DNA of 58,683 bases. Origin: Gammaproteobacteria bacterium (GTDB lineage: Bacteria > Pseudomonadota > Gammaproteobacteria > Steroidobacterales > PWYM01). The notes beneath the pieces are model-generated. The model made no database searches. It was given only the letters and a program-made list of their open reading frames with translations, and was not told the origin of the DNA. Both the position numbers and the translations under genes were made by a program. This document shows, in pieces, positions 43,028-52,977 of this stretch. The first letter of the stretch is position 1. Each line of letters begins with the position of its first letter. The stretch lies in contig SKYU01000015.1 in NCBI GenBank assembly GCA_007127715.1, forward strand, positions 1 through 58,683, written 5' to 3'.

Positions 43028-44593
43028 TCAGGCACTCGCGGCCGCGGCGGGTGCAGCCGAGGGGCTGGTCAGTCGCCGCTGGATGCGGTTGATGACCTCC
43101 AGATAGGCGCGGGCGCCGGCCTCGACGATGTCCGTGGACAGGCCCTGCCCCCTGAAGGACTGGCCATTATATTCCACCGTCACGGTGACCTCACCCTGCG
43201 CGTCATTGCCCAGGGTCACGCTACGCAGTTCGAAGTTCTTCAGCACGAGCTCGATGCCGGTGGCGCGTTCCAGCGCGCGGAAAGCCGCCGCGACCGGTCC
43301 GTCCCCGACGGCTGCTTCCTGGACCTCCTCGCCCGTTTCGGCAACCATCCGGACGGCCGCCGCGGCGATCGTGCCGGTGCCTGCGGTGATATGCAGTTCC
43401 TCCATCCGCCAGTGCCCGGCCTGACCGGTTCCGGCATTCATGATGATGGCCTCGATGTCGGCATCGAACATCTCTTTCTTGCGATCGGCGAGCTTCTTGA
43501 ACTCGTCGAAACAGCGCTTGAGTTCGACATCGTCCAGCCGGAAGCCGAGCTGTTCCACGCGCTCGCGGAAGGCATGGCGCCCGCTGTGCTTGCCCAGCAC
43601 CAGGTTGGATCGGCTGATGCCCACGTCCTCGGGACGCATGATCTCGTAGGTGGCGTGGTGGCGGAGCATGCCGTGCTGGTGGATGCCGGCTTCATGGGCA
43701 AAGGCGTTCTCCCCGACGACCGCCTTGTTACGCGGGACATGCATGCCGGTGATCGACGAGACCAGGCGGCTGGTGGGGTAGAGGCGTCGTGAATCGATCC
43801 CGGTATGCAGGCCGAAATAGGCCTCCCGGGTCTTCAGTGCCATGACGATTTCCTCGAGAGAGCAGTTGCCGGCCCGCTCGCCGATACCGTTGATCGTGCA
43901 CTCCACCTGGCGCGCGCCGGCCTGTACCGCGGCGAGGCTGTTGGCGACCGCCATGCCGAGATCGTCGTGGCAGTGGACGGACAGCGTGACCTGGTCGATG
44001 CCGGGGACATGGGTCTTGAGATAGCGGAAGACCTCGTGGAATTCTCCAGGCACGGTGTAGCCCACCGTGTCCGGAATGTTGATCGTGCGGGCGCCGGCCT
44101 CGATGACCGCGGCCACGACCTCTGCCAGGTACTCCAGCTCCGTGCGCGAGGCGTCCTCGGGGGAGAATTCCACGTCCTCGCAGAAACTGCGCGCAAGCTT
44201 GACGCCCTCGACCGCACTTCTGAGGATTTCGTCCTTGGCCATCTGCAGTTTGTGCTCGCGGTGGATGGCGCTGGTGGCGACGAACACGTGGATGCGCTTG
44301 TGCTCGGCCTCGCGCAGCGCATTCCATGCGCGCTCTATGTCGGCCGGATTGCAGCGTGCCAGGCCCGCAATCACCGGGCCGCGGATGCTGCCGGCAATGG
44401 CCTGTACGGCTTCGAAGTCGCCGGGCGAGGCGGCCGGGAAGCCCGCCTCGATGATGTCCACACGCAGATCCGCCAGTGCCTGTGCGACGCGCAGTTTCTC
44501 GCGCAGCGTCATGCTGCAGCCCGGCGCCTGCTCGCCGTCTCGCAGGGTGGTGTCGAAGATCTTGACGCGGGTGTCATCTGCCGGTGTGGTCAT
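43028..44593 (-). CDS. leuA: 2-isopropylmalate synthase
   Basis: [55 protein letters not shown]-terminal regulatory domain (GDGPV, DIVEA). Confidence 0.96.
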   Translation of the reverse strand: MTTPADDTRVKIFDTTLRDGEQAPGCSMTLREKLRVAQALADLRVDIIEAGFPAASPGDFEAVQAIAGSIRGPVIAGLARCNPADIERAWNALREAEHKRIHVFVATSAIHREHKLQMAKDEILRSAVEGVKLARSFCEDVEFSPEDASRTELEYLAEVVAAVIEAGARTINIPDTVGYTVPGEFHEVFRYLKTHVPGIDQVTLSVHCHDDLGMAVANSLAAVQAGARQVECTINGIGERAGNCSLEEIVMALKTREAYFGLHTGIDSRRLYPTSRLVSSITGMHVPRNKAVVGENAFAHEAGIHQHGMLRHHATYEIMRPEDVGISRSNLVLGKHSGRHAFRERVEQLGFRLDDVELKRCFDEFKKLADRKKEMFDADIEAIIMNAGTGQAGHWRMEELHITAGTGTIAAAAVRMVAETGEEVQEAAVGDGPVAAAFRALERATGIELVLKNFELRSVTLGNDAQGEVTVTVEYNGQSFRGQGLSTDIVEAGARAYLEVINRIQRRLTSPSAAPAAAASA

Positions 44594-44671
44594 GGTTCAG
44601 GCTCCTGTCAGGCCGGTGGTGTCGGCCGGGTCGCTTCATGGCTTGGGTTCGGTTGCGTCGAGGGCCGGTCG

Positions 44672-45769
44672 TCAGCGGCTGCCGTAGTCGAGTGAGGGCA
44701 TCGGGTAGATGCCCATGGCGCGCGGGTGATGCTGCGGTGGCACCTCATCGAGTACGCCTCGCAGGGTGTCGATATCGATGTTGCCGCCGCTGAGCACGAC
44801 GCCGACGCGCTTGCCCGAGAGTCGGTCCGCCAGCTTGCAGGCCGCGGCGAGCGGGGCGGCGCCGCCGCCCTCGGCAAGCTGGTGCACCGATTCCAGATAC
44901 AGGCGGATGGCCGCGGCGATCTCGGTCTCGCTGACCGTGACGAACTCGTCGATGTGCTCGCGCAGCACGGACATCGTGTAGCCCACGGGAACACGGCTGG
45001 CGAGACCGTCGGCGATGGTCGGCGCCGCGGCGAATGCGCGGTCTTCGCCCGTGTGCCAGGCGTGATGGAAGGCCGGCGCGTTCTCGGCCTGAACGGCGAT
45101 GATCCGGGTGCCCGGGCTGAGGCGCCTGGCTGCAAGCGCCGTGCCGGCGGCGAGGCTGCCCCCGCCGACAGGGACGATGATGACATCGAAGGGCTGGGAG
45201 ACCTGTCGCAGCATCTCCAGGGCCACCGTGCCCTGGCCCGCGACCAGAGTCCGGTGGCGCGCCGGGTGAATGCAGGGCTGGCCGGTGCGCCTGGCGTGCC
45301 GAACCGCTGCGTCCCAGGCCGCATCGAAATCATGCCCCCGCTCGATCACCTCGGCACCCGTGGCGCGCATCGCCGCGTTCTTGCCCGGCGCGTTGCCGAC
45401 GGGCACGAAGATGGTGCAGCGGCTGGCGTACAGGGCGGCGGCCCGGGCCAGCGCCTGGCCGAAGTTGCCCCGGGTAGCCGTAACCAGACCGGTGGCGCGT
45501 TCCTCCGGGCGCAGTGAGGCGAGCAGGTTGAGCGTTCCCCGGATCTTGAAAGAGCCCACTGGCTGGGCGTTTTCCAGCTTGACCCAGAGGTCGCAGCCGG
45601 CCCGCTGGTTGAGCAGGGGATGACGGATGAGTGGCGTTGGCTGCAGCCACGCTGCAATCACTTCGGCAGCGGCTTCGATGTCGGCAAAGGATGCGGGGGG
45701 CTCCTGTCGGTCAGGCTCGGCACCCCAGTCTGTCGCGGCCAGCTCGGCCGGCAGGCGTTGATCGATCAT
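44672..45769 (-). CDS. Threonine dehydratase-like PLP enzyme without ACT domain; first gene of the leu operon
   Basis: VKLENAQPVGSFKIRG, atypical ATRGNFGQ, PVGGGSL, AEGGGAAP, SGGNID. Confidence 0.82.
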   Translation of the reverse strand: MIDQRLPAELAATDWGAEPDRQEPPASFADIEAAAEVIAAWLQPTPLIRHPLLNQRAGCDLWVKLENAQPVGSFKIRGTLNLLASLRPEERATGLVTATRGNFGQALARAAALYASRCTIFVPVGNAPGKNAAMRATGAEVIERGHDFDAAWDAAVRHARRTGQPCIHPARHRTLVAGQGTVALEMLRQVSQPFDVIIVPVGGGSLAAGTALAARRLSPGTRIIAVQAENAPAFHHAWHTGEDRAFAAAPTIADGLASRVPVGYTMSVLREHIDEFVTVSETEIAAAIRLYLESVHQLAEGGGAAPLAAACKLADRLSGKRVGVVLSGGNIDIDTLRGVLDEVPPQHHPRAMGIYPMPSLDYGSR

Positions 45770-45812
45770 GGTGGCCAGTCACTCCCTGCGATCGCCGCCA
45801 GGCGGCGGCCCC

Positions 45813-45848
45813 AAAAAAAAACCCCGCATCGTCTGCCGGTGCGGGGTT
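45813..45848 (-). terminator. Attenuator intrinsic terminator
   Basis: Minus strand AACCCCGCACC-GGCAGAC-GATGCGGGG followed by 9 T. Confidence 0.85.
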
Positions 45849-45870
45849 GGTGTTCAGCGAAACGTGGCGT

Positions 45871-45984
45871 TCAGCCGGACAGCCCGCACCTCCAGCGTCC
45901 AAGAAGGAGAAGGCTGGCAAGCACGCCCGGCCCGGACAGCGACACTGTCGGGCGGCGAAACAGCTGGCGTGCGGCAACGTTCAT
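45871..45984 (-). CDS. leuL: Leucine attenuator leader peptide, 37 aa: MNVAARQLFRRPTVSLSGPGVLASLLLLGRWRCGLSG
   Basis: Four consecutive Leu codons CTT CTC CTT CTT; followed by antiterminator and terminator segments and the leu operon; below the size cut-off of the ORF track. Confidence 0.85.
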   Translation of the reverse strand: MNVAARQLFRRPTVSLSGPGVLASLLLLGRWRCGLSG

Positions 45985-45990
45985 GGCCTG

Positions 45991-46019
45991 ATCATCTTGT
46001 ATACAACGGGCGCTGTCAA
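45991..46019 (-). promoter_or_regulatory. sigma70 promoter of the leu leader
   Basis: Minus strand TTGACA-17bp-GATGAT; predicted +1 falls on the leader ATG. Confidence 0.68.
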
Positions 46020-46054
46020 CTCCTGCGCATCGGCCCGCGCATTGACAGGTGCGA

Positions 46055-46771
46055 TCACACCATGGTGGCCAGACCGTCTTCGCCCAGATGAGGGGTCAGG
46101 TTGAAGCCTGCCAGCGTCCTGCGGCGGCCGGAGAACCGGATCTCGACCATCGCGCAATTGCCGAACACCAGGCTCAGGTCGAAGATGCGCTGGTCATCCA
46201 GGCCAAGCAGTTCACCGACGATCATGCAGATCAGCCCTCCCGAGGAGAAGGCGATGCGCGTGTCGCCACTGCGCCCGGGCGCGGTCATCAGCGCCAGGGC
46301 ATCGGCGGCCCGCCGGCGCGCCGCCGGCCAGGGCTCGTGGGGCAGGTCGGGGAACTCTCCGCCGATCCACCGGCGCGAGACCTGTTCCCAGCGCCGGAAA
46401 TAGTCGCGGATCAGCTGCCGGCGTTCCGCCGGATCGTCCGACGGCGTCAGCGTCAGCCCGCCGTTACCGGACGCCTCGGCCAGGCCCAGTACGGTCTTCA
46501 TCACGGCAGCAGCCTCGTGCTCGGCCAGCGCGTCGACGGGATGGCTGGACGGCCAGGCATCGCGCAGGTGTCGATAGGCGCTGGCCACGGCGTCTGCGGT
46601 TTCCCGATGGCGTCGAAGCGGGCCTACATAGCTTGTATCGATCTGCACGCCCGTGCGGGCAAGATGCTCACCGAGCCGGCGCGCCTGGACGACACCCTGG
46701 GCCGACAGCCGGTCATAGTCCTGCCCGAAAAAGGACGCCTGCCCGTGCCTGACCAGCAGCAGCCGGCTCAC
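46055..46771 (-). CDS. Histidine phosphatase (phosphoglycerate mutase-like) family protein
   Basis: LVRHGQAS, LSAQGVVQA, GPLRRHRETA; FSSGG in place of the usual SHGG. Confidence 0.85.
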   Translation of the reverse strand: MSRLLLVRHGQASFFGQDYDRLSAQGVVQARRLGEHLARTGVQIDTSYVGPLRRHRETADAVASAYRHLRDAWPSSHPVDALAEHEAAAVMKTVLGLAEASGNGGLTLTPSDDPAERRQLIRDYFRRWEQVSRRWIGGEFPDLPHEPWPAARRRAADALALMTAPGRSGDTRIAFSSGGLICMIVGELLGLDDQRIFDLSLVFGNCAMVEIRFSGRRRTLAGFNLTPHLGEDGLATMV

Positions 46772-47736
46772 AGGGTGATCACCACCTTGCCCATGGCGCC
46801 ACGTCCCGACAGCAGGGCCAGGCCTTCGGCCGCCTGGGCCAGAGGGTAGCTGGCACCGACGTGAACCTGCAGTCTGCCCGCGGCGTAGTGCTCGAGCAGT
46901 TCACGATGGTTCTCGTCCGCCGCGCCCGGTTCGCGGCCCACGAAACTGCCCCAGAACACGCCCACGATACTCGCGCCCTTGAGCAGCGGGAGGTTCATCG
47001 GGATCTTCGGGATCTCACCCGAGGCGAAGCCGATGACCAGGGCGCGCCCGTTCCAGGCGCAGGAACGCAGGGCCTGTTCGAACAGGGGGCCGCCGACCGG
47101 ATCGAACACCACGTCGATGCCTTTACCCCCGGTAAACTCGGCAATGCTGCCGCGCAGGTCGTCGTAATCCCGCACCTCGTGGGCGCCATGTGCGCTTACC
47201 AGCGCGCGTTTCTCCGCGCTGCTGGCCACGGCGAGTACCCGCGCCCCGACCAGCCGGCCGAGGGCAACCGCGGCCAGTCCGACGCCGCCTGCCGCACCCA
47301 GTACCAGCAGCGTCTCGCCGGGCTGAAGCGCAGCGCGCTGTTTCAGGGCATGCCACGAAGTGCCGAAGGTGAGCAGAAAGGCCGCAGCCTCCTCGAAGGG
47401 CATGGTGTCCGGAATCGCCAGCACCTGCGCGGCAGGCACGCGCACCTTTTCCGCCAGCCCCCCGTGACCGCAGTAGGCCAGCACGCGCTGGCCGGGCGAT
47501 AACGCCGTCACTGCGCTCCCGCAGCTGGTGATCACGCCTGCCACCTCGGCGCCAGGCGCGAAGGGCAGCGGTGGCTGGACCTGGTATTTGCCGGCGATCA
47601 TCAGCACGTCGGGGAAGTTGAGGCCGCAGGCCCGAACGTCGATGACGACCTCGTCGGCGGCGGGCACCGGGTCGGGCAGCTGGCCTGGTTCCAGCACCTC
47701 GACACCCCCGTGTCGGTGACAGAGCATGGCGCGCAT
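46768..47736 (-). CDS. NADPH:quinone oxidoreductase (zeta-crystallin / MDR family)
   Basis: GLNFPD, PGAEVAG, GAAGGVG, DPVGG, IGFASG, LLKGASIVGVFWG. Confidence 0.9.
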   Translation of the reverse strand: MRAMLCHRHGGVEVLEPGQLPDPVPAADEVVIDVRACGLNFPDVLMIAGKYQVQPPLPFAPGAEVAGVITSCGSAVTALSPGQRVLAYCGHGGLAEKVRVPAAQVLAIPDTMPFEEAAAFLLTFGTSWHALKQRAALQPGETLLVLGAAGGVGLAAVALGRLVGARVLAVASSAEKRALVSAHGAHEVRDYDDLRGSIAEFTGGKGIDVVFDPVGGPLFEQALRSCAWNGRALVIGFASGEIPKIPMNLPLLKGASIVGVFWGSFVGREPGAADENHRELLEHYAAGRLQVHVGASYPLAQAAEGLALLSGRGAMGKVVITL

Positions 47737-47738
47737 GA

Positions 47739-48509
47739 TCAGAGACTCTCGCGGATCAGCAGGCCGCCGTCGGCGACGACAGCCTGACCGGTGATGAATT
47801 TCGAGGCGTCGGATGCCAGAAAGACCGCGACCCCGGCGATGTCGTCCGGTTCGCCGATCCTGCCCAGGGGCGTGACCCGCTCGACATGGCGGCGCTGGCG
47901 TTCATCCTCCCACAGGGCCCTTGCGAAGTCCGTGCGCACCAGGCCGGGCGCGATGCAGTTGGCCCGGATGCCGCGGTCGCCCCACTCGACGGCGAGGTTG
48001 CGGGCAAGCTGGAAGTCGGCCGCCTTGGACATGGCATAGGTGCCGATCAGTCGGGTGCCGGTGAGCCCGACCACGCTGGAGACGATGATGATGCTGCCAT
48101 TGCCACGTTCGGCCATCTGCGGCAGGACCGCGTGCGCAAGCTTCATGTTGGCGCGGACGTTGACCCGCATGATCTTGTCGAATGCCGCGTCGTCCACTGT
48201 CTGCATCGAGCCATACACCGGATTGGCTGCAGCATTGCAGACCAGCGTATCGACGCGACCCCAGCTGGACAGTGTGCGCGCGACCAGTTCGTCGAGTGCG
48301 GCATCATCGCCAACGTTGCAGGGCACCACGAGCGCCTCGCCGCCGCGTTGCCGGATGCCTTCGGCGACCGGCTCACAGCTCTCCGCGCTGCGGCTGGAAA
48401 CCACGACCCGGGCGCCATGCGCAGCCAACTGCTCGGCGATGGCGCGACCGATGCCACGGCTCGAGCCGGTGACGATCGCGACCCTTCCGCTGAGGTCGAA
48501 AAGACTCAT
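47739..48509 (-). CDS. Short-chain dehydrogenase/reductase
   Basis: TGSSRGIG, NAAANP, VSS, YAMSK (YxxxK), ANCIAPG. Confidence 0.92.
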   Translation of the reverse strand: MSLFDLSGRVAIVTGSSRGIGRAIAEQLAAHGARVVVSSRSAESCEPVAEGIRQRGGEALVVPCNVGDDAALDELVARTLSSWGRVDTLVCNAAANPVYGSMQTVDDAAFDKIMRVNVRANMKLAHAVLPQMAERGNGSIIIVSSVVGLTGTRLIGTYAMSKAADFQLARNLAVEWGDRGIRANCIAPGLVRTDFARALWEDERQRRHVERVTPLGRIGEPDDIAGVAVFLASDASKFITGQAVVADGGLLIRESL

Positions 48510-48686
48510 GCGCACTCCTCTCCAGGCCGCCCTGACAGGGCGCCAGTCTAGCGCCTCGTGCTGGCGACGGCGATCCCGAGGTGGCAGCGCAGTCCCGTCA
48601 TGGCGACGGACTGGGCGGACCGGACGGCGCGACGCGGGCGGCATGCTATAGTCGCGCCCGTCGCACGCCAGGGCCGACACAACGGC

Positions 48687-49916
48687 ATGGATTTCGAACA
48701 CAGTTCAAAGGTGAGCCGCCTGCTGACCCGGCTCGAAGCGTTCATGGCCGAGGAGGTGTATCCCGCCGAGGCCACCTACGCCGCCGAGCAGGCCGCGGCA
48801 AGCGACCGATGGGCCGTGCCTCCGGTGATGGAGGCCCTGAAGGCCCGCGCAAGGGCCGCAGGACTCTGGAACCTTTTCCTGCCGGACAGCGAATACGGTG
48901 CCGGGCTGAGCAATCTCGAATACGCGCCGCTGTGCGAGGTTATGGGGCGCTCGCCGATCGCCCCGGAGGTCTTCAACTGCAGTGCGCCGGATACCGGCAA
49001 CATGGAAGTGCTGGTGCGCTACGGCACCGAGGCGCAGAAGCGTGACTGGCTCGTACCGCTGCTGGAAGGGCGGATCCGCTCGGCCTTTGCGATGACCGAA
49101 CCTGCCGTGGCCTCCTCGGACGCCACCAACATCTGCGCCTCCATCCGACGCGATGGCGACGAATATGTCCTGGACGGACGCAAATGGTGGACCTCCGGGG
49201 CGATGGATCCACGCTGCGAGATCATGATTTTCATGGGCCGCAGCAACCCCGAGGCCGAGCGTCACCGGCAGCAGTCCATGATTCTCGTGCCGCGCGCCAC
49301 CCCTGGTGTCCGGGTCGAGCGGCCCTTGACGGTGTTCGGTTATGACGACGCACCCCACGGCCATGCCGAGGTCAGATTCGAGCAGGTGCGCGTGCCGGCC
49401 GGCAACATGCTGCTGGGTGAGGGTCGGGGGTTCGAGATCGCCCAGGGGCGCCTCGGGCCCGGACGGATCCATCACTGCATGCGCCTGATAGGCCTGGCGG
49501 AACGCGCGCTGGAGATGTCCATCGGCCGCGCGGCCGGGCGCGTGGCCTTCGGCAAGGCGCTGGCGGGTCATGGCGTAACGATCGAGAAGATTGCCGAGTG
49601 CCGGCTGGAGATCGAGCAGGCACGCCTGCTGACCCTCAAGGCCGCTGACATGATGGACCGTTACGGCAATCGCCGCGCGCGCAGCGAAATCGCGATGATC
49701 AAGGTGGTGGCACCGCGGATGGCGCTTGCGGTCATCGATCGGGCCATTCAGGTGCACGGCGGCGCCGGCGTGAGCCAGGATTTTCCTCTGGCCTGGTTCT
49801 GGGCGCAGGCGCGAACACTGCGCATTGCCGACGGCCCGGATGAGGTGCATCTGCGCACTGTCGGCCGCGCGGAAATCGCCCGGCGCGGGCCTGGTCGGGC
49901 CACTCGGGACTTGTGA
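48687..49916 (+). CDS. Acyl-CoA dehydrogenase (ACAD10/11, LvaC-like); paralog of 8055-9266
   Basis: [65 protein letters not shown]; extended -10-like TGCTATAGT at 48644-48652. Confidence 0.93.
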   Translation: MDFEHSSKVSRLLTRLEAFMAEEVYPAEATYAAEQAAASDRWAVPPVMEALKARARAAGLWNLFLPDSEYGAGLSNLEYAPLCEVMGRSPIAPEVFNCSAPDTGNMEVLVRYGTEAQKRDWLVPLLEGRIRSAFAMTEPAVASSDATNICASIRRDGDEYVLDGRKWWTSGAMDPRCEIMIFMGRSNPEAERHRQQSMILVPRATPGVRVERPLTVFGYDDAPHGHAEVRFEQVRVPAGNMLLGEGRGFEIAQGRLGPGRIHHCMRLIGLAERALEMSIGRAAGRVAFGKALAGHGVTIEKIAECRLEIEQARLLTLKAADMMDRYGNRRARSEIAMIKVVAPRMALAVIDRAIQVHGGAGVSQDFPLAWFWAQARTLRIADGPDEVHLRTVGRAEIARRGPGRATRDL

Positions 49917-50228
49917 TCGCGTGGCTGAACTTGTATACAGACGTCAGGCTGTGCAGGTACGTGTTTATACACTTGCAATGACGCAGTTCAGGCAGGAGGG
50001 CGGTCCGGCTCGGGAGGTGGGACACGACCTTCGGGATCGGCCGGCGGGATTGACTTGGTGCCGCTGAGCCGTTGTAGTAGGGGGATGCTGACCGGACAAT
50101 GTCGTCAGCACAGGCGAGGGGCAGGGAAGCCGGGATCGTCCGGAATGGGGTTCCCCATATCCTCGATTTTTCGTTTTACAGCCATCCATTCCAGAATCCG
50201 ACATCAATGACCGGACCGAGGAGAGTCA

Positions 50229-51005
50229 ATGAAACCCAAGCGTAGGAGCGTGCTCGCCGCCGTCTGCGCTGGCGCGGCGGGAAGCTTGCTGGCCACCGCC
50301 GTGTCCGCGCAGAACCTGGACCAGGTGCTCACCCAGGGGGAGCGTCGCATCACGATCGCCCAGGAGTCGCAGCAACGGGTCGACGACATCGTCAACCAGA
50401 CCCGCAGTCTCACCGACCAGTTCCGTCAGGTCTCACGGGAGATCGAGGGGCTTGAGGTGTACAACGCACTGCTGGAGCGCCAGGTCGAGCGTCAGGAGTC
50501 CCAGAAGGTGGACATCCGCAACTCGATCGACCAGGTCACGGTCATCCAGCGACAGATCGTGCCTCTGATGGACCGGATGATCGAAGGTCTCGATCAGTTC
50601 GTCGCGCTGGACGTCCCGTTCCTCGCCGAGGAACGGCGCAATCGTGTCGAGGAGCTGCGCAACATCCTCGAGCGTCAGGACGTGTCGGTGGCGGAGAAGT
50701 TCCGCCGCGTGATGGAGGCCTACCAGATCGAGAACGAGTACGGCCGCACCATCGAGTACTACAAGGGCATGCTCGAGGTCGGCGGGGTCGAGCGGGAAGT
50801 CGACTTCCTGCGTGTCGGGCGCGTCGCGCTGGTCTATCAGACCGCGGACGGTCAGCGCCAGGGTGTCTGGGACCAGCGTGCCGGTCAGTGGGTCGAGCTC
50901 GGCAGTGACTACCGCAACCGCATCCGCCAGGGTCTGCGGGTCGCGCGCCGCCAGATCGCGCCTGAGTTGCTGATGATGCCGATCGCCGCTCCGGAGGACA
51001 TCTGA
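50229..51005 (+). CDS. DUF3450 family periplasmic protein (TtpB-like)
   Basis: Signal peptide, coiled coil, DVPFLAEERRNR, AEKFRRVMEAYQIENEYGRTI, FLRVGRVAL, LLMMP; SD GAGGAG. Confidence 0.85.
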   Translation: MKPKRRSVLAAVCAGAAGSLLATAVSAQNLDQVLTQGERRITIAQESQQRVDDIVNQTRSLTDQFRQVSREIEGLEVYNALLERQVERQESQKVDIRNSIDQVTVIQRQIVPLMDRMIEGLDQFVALDVPFLAEERRNRVEELRNILERQDVSVAEKFRRVMEAYQIENEYGRTIEYYKGMLEVGGVEREVDFLRVGRVALVYQTADGQRQGVWDQRAGQWVELGSDYRNRIRQGLRVARRQIAPELLMMPIAAPEDI

Positions 51006-51007
51006 CA

Positions 51008-52396
51008 ATGAGAGTCAAATTTGCACTGGCGGCGGTTGTCGCCGTCGTTTTCGGTCTGGGCGCTCTGGCGCCGGCCGATGCCAACGCCCAGGCGCGCAGC
51101 CTGGAAGAGCTTCTCCGGCTGGTGGAGCAGGGTCGCGCGCGGGATTCCGAAGAAGCCCGCCAGCGTGAGCAGGAGTTCGCAGCCCAGCGCGGCGAGCAGG
51201 AGCGTCTGCTGCGCGAGGCGCGCCAGCGCCAGCAGCGCGAGGAGCGCCGCAGCGAAACGCTGGAGAACACCTTCGCTGAAAACGAGCGCGAAATCTCCCA
51301 GCTGAACGCCGAGCTCAATGAAAGCCTTGGCGAGCTGCGCGAACTCTTCGGTGTCGTCCAGCTGGTCGCTGGCGATGCCGCAGGTCAGTTCGACAACTCG
51401 CTCACCGCCATCCAGTACCCGGAGCGTCGTGAGTTCCTGCTGCGCCTGGCGGAGCGTATGGGCCAGACCGCACGTATCGCCTCGGTCGATGAGATCGAGC
51501 GCCTGTGGTTTGAGCTGCAGCGCGAGGCGACCGAGCTCGGGCGCGTTGCACGCATGCCGATGGAGGTCGTTTCCGCGAGCGGTGATCGGGAAACCCGCAA
51601 CGTGGTCCGGGTGGGCGCGTTCAACCTGGTGGCCGATGGTGCCTATCTGACGTATGAGCCGGCGACCCGCAGCATCAGCGAGCTTGCCCGTCAGCCCGAT
51701 CAGCGTCGTTTCATCACCAGCACCTCGCGGCTGGTCAACGCGACCGATGGGTTCACGGCTTTCGCGCTGGACCCGACGCGCGGCCAGTTGCTGGCGCTGC
51801 TGATCGAGTATCCGTCAATTGTCGAGCGCATCCAGCAGGGTGCCGAGGTCGGTTACGTGATCATCGCACTGGGTCTGCTGGGCCTGCTGCTCGCGGCTGA
51901 GCGGCTCGTGACCCTCGGCCTGATCAGCGGCAAGGTGACACGCCAGCTGAAGAGCTCGGAGCCGAGTGAAGACAACCCGCTGGGCCGTGTGCTCAAGGTC
52001 TATCATGCCAACAAGGGTGTCGATACCGAGACTCTCGAGTTGAAGCTGGGCGAGGCGATCATCAAGGAGACACCGCGTCTGCAGCGCTTCCTGCTGTTCC
52101 TGAAGATCATTGCCGTGGTCGCGCCGCTGATGGGTCTGCTCGGTACCGTCACCGGTATGATCCAGACCTTCCAGGCCATCACGCTGTTTGGCACCGGTGA
52201 TCCGACGCTCATGGCGGGCGGTATCTCGCAGGCGCTGGTGACTACGGTGCTCGGCCTGGTCGTGGCCATCCCGATCGTGCTGCTGCACACCGTTGTGAGC
52301 GGCCGCAGCAAGCGCATCCTGCACATTCTCAATGAGCAGAGCGCGGGCATCGTGGCGCAGCACTCGGAAGCCGAGAAGAAGGGGGCGGCGGCCTGA
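51008..52396 (+). CDS. Long MotA/TolQ/ExbB family protein (TtpC-like)
   Basis: Signal peptide and large periplasmic region (VRVGAFNL, DPTRG), then APLMGLLGTVTGMI..GGISQALVTTVLGL. Confidence 0.88.
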   Translation: MRVKFALAAVVAVVFGLGALAPADANAQARSLEELLRLVEQGRARDSEEARQREQEFAAQRGEQERLLREARQRQQREERRSETLENTFAENEREISQLNAELNESLGELRELFGVVQLVAGDAAGQFDNSLTAIQYPERREFLLRLAERMGQTARIASVDEIERLWFELQREATELGRVARMPMEVVSASGDRETRNVVRVGAFNLVADGAYLTYEPATRSISELARQPDQRRFITSTSRLVNATDGFTAFALDPTRGQLLALLIEYPSIVERIQQGAEVGYVIIALGLLGLLLAAERLVTLGLISGKVTRQLKSSEPSEDNPLGRVLKVYHANKGVDTETLELKLGEAIIKETPRLQRFLLFLKIIAVVAPLMGLLGTVTGMIQTFQAITLFGTGDPTLMAGGISQALVTTVLGLVVAIPIVLLHTVVSGRSKRILHILNEQSAGIVAQHSEAEKKGAAA

Positions 52397-52438
52397 GGCC
52401 GCCGTCACCTCCTGTCGACGCCACGCGAGAGGTAGTCC

Positions 52439-52966
52439 ATGCAACTGCTGATTGACATGTGGGAACCGATACGTGACTTCCTTGAACTCGGGGGAGACGT
52501 ACTGGTCATAATCGGGTGGACGATCTTCTTCATGTGGGTTCTGATCCTCGAGCGCTTCATCTTCTTCAGCACTGGGCTGAAGCAGCAGAGCCGCGAGGTC
52601 TTCCGCAAGTGGGAGGCGCGCCCGGAACGTCGGTCCTGGGAGGCGGCAAACATCCGCCAGGCGCTGGTTTCGGAGGTCCGGCTTTCTGCGAATGCCGGAC
52701 TACCGATGATCAAGACGCTGGTGGCCCTGTGTCCGCTGCTCGGCCTGCTGGGTACCGTGACCGGGATGGTCGAGGTCTTCGATGTGATGGCAGTCACCGG
52801 CACGGGCAACGCCCGGGCGATGGCTGCCGGCGTATCGAAGGCCACCATCCCCACGATGGCCGGCATGGTCGGGGCGCTGTCCGGCGTGCTGTTCGCCACC
52901 ATCTTGACCAACCGTGCCAACCGTGAAGTTGAACTGCTCGAAGACGAGCTCACGATGGATCACTGA
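52439..52966 (+). CDS. exbB: MotA/TolQ/ExbB proton channel protein
   Basis: CPLLGLLGTVTGM, GVSKATIPTMAGM. Confidence 0.88.
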   Translation: MQLLIDMWEPIRDFLELGGDVLVIIGWTIFFMWVLILERFIFFSTGLKQQSREVFRKWEARPERRSWEAANIRQALVSEVRLSANAGLPMIKTLVALCPLLGLLGTVTGMVEVFDVMAVTGTGNARAMAAGVSKATIPTMAGMVGALSGVLFATILTNRANREVELLEDELTMDH

Positions 52967-52977
52967 GGAACCAAGCC

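Noticed and set aside
46013-46048. Inverted repeat CTGTCAA...TTGACAG giving a second TTGACA on the plus strand
   Set aside because: No plus-strand gene follows; more simply a hairpin after the phosphatase gene that overlaps the leu -35
38910-48643. Identical 15-mer GCGACGCGGGCGGCA at 38910-38924 and 48629-48643, both intergenic
   Set aside because: Only two copies, the second lacks the complementary arm, and GC-rich 15-mer matches can arise by chance in a window this size; not enough to call a REP family
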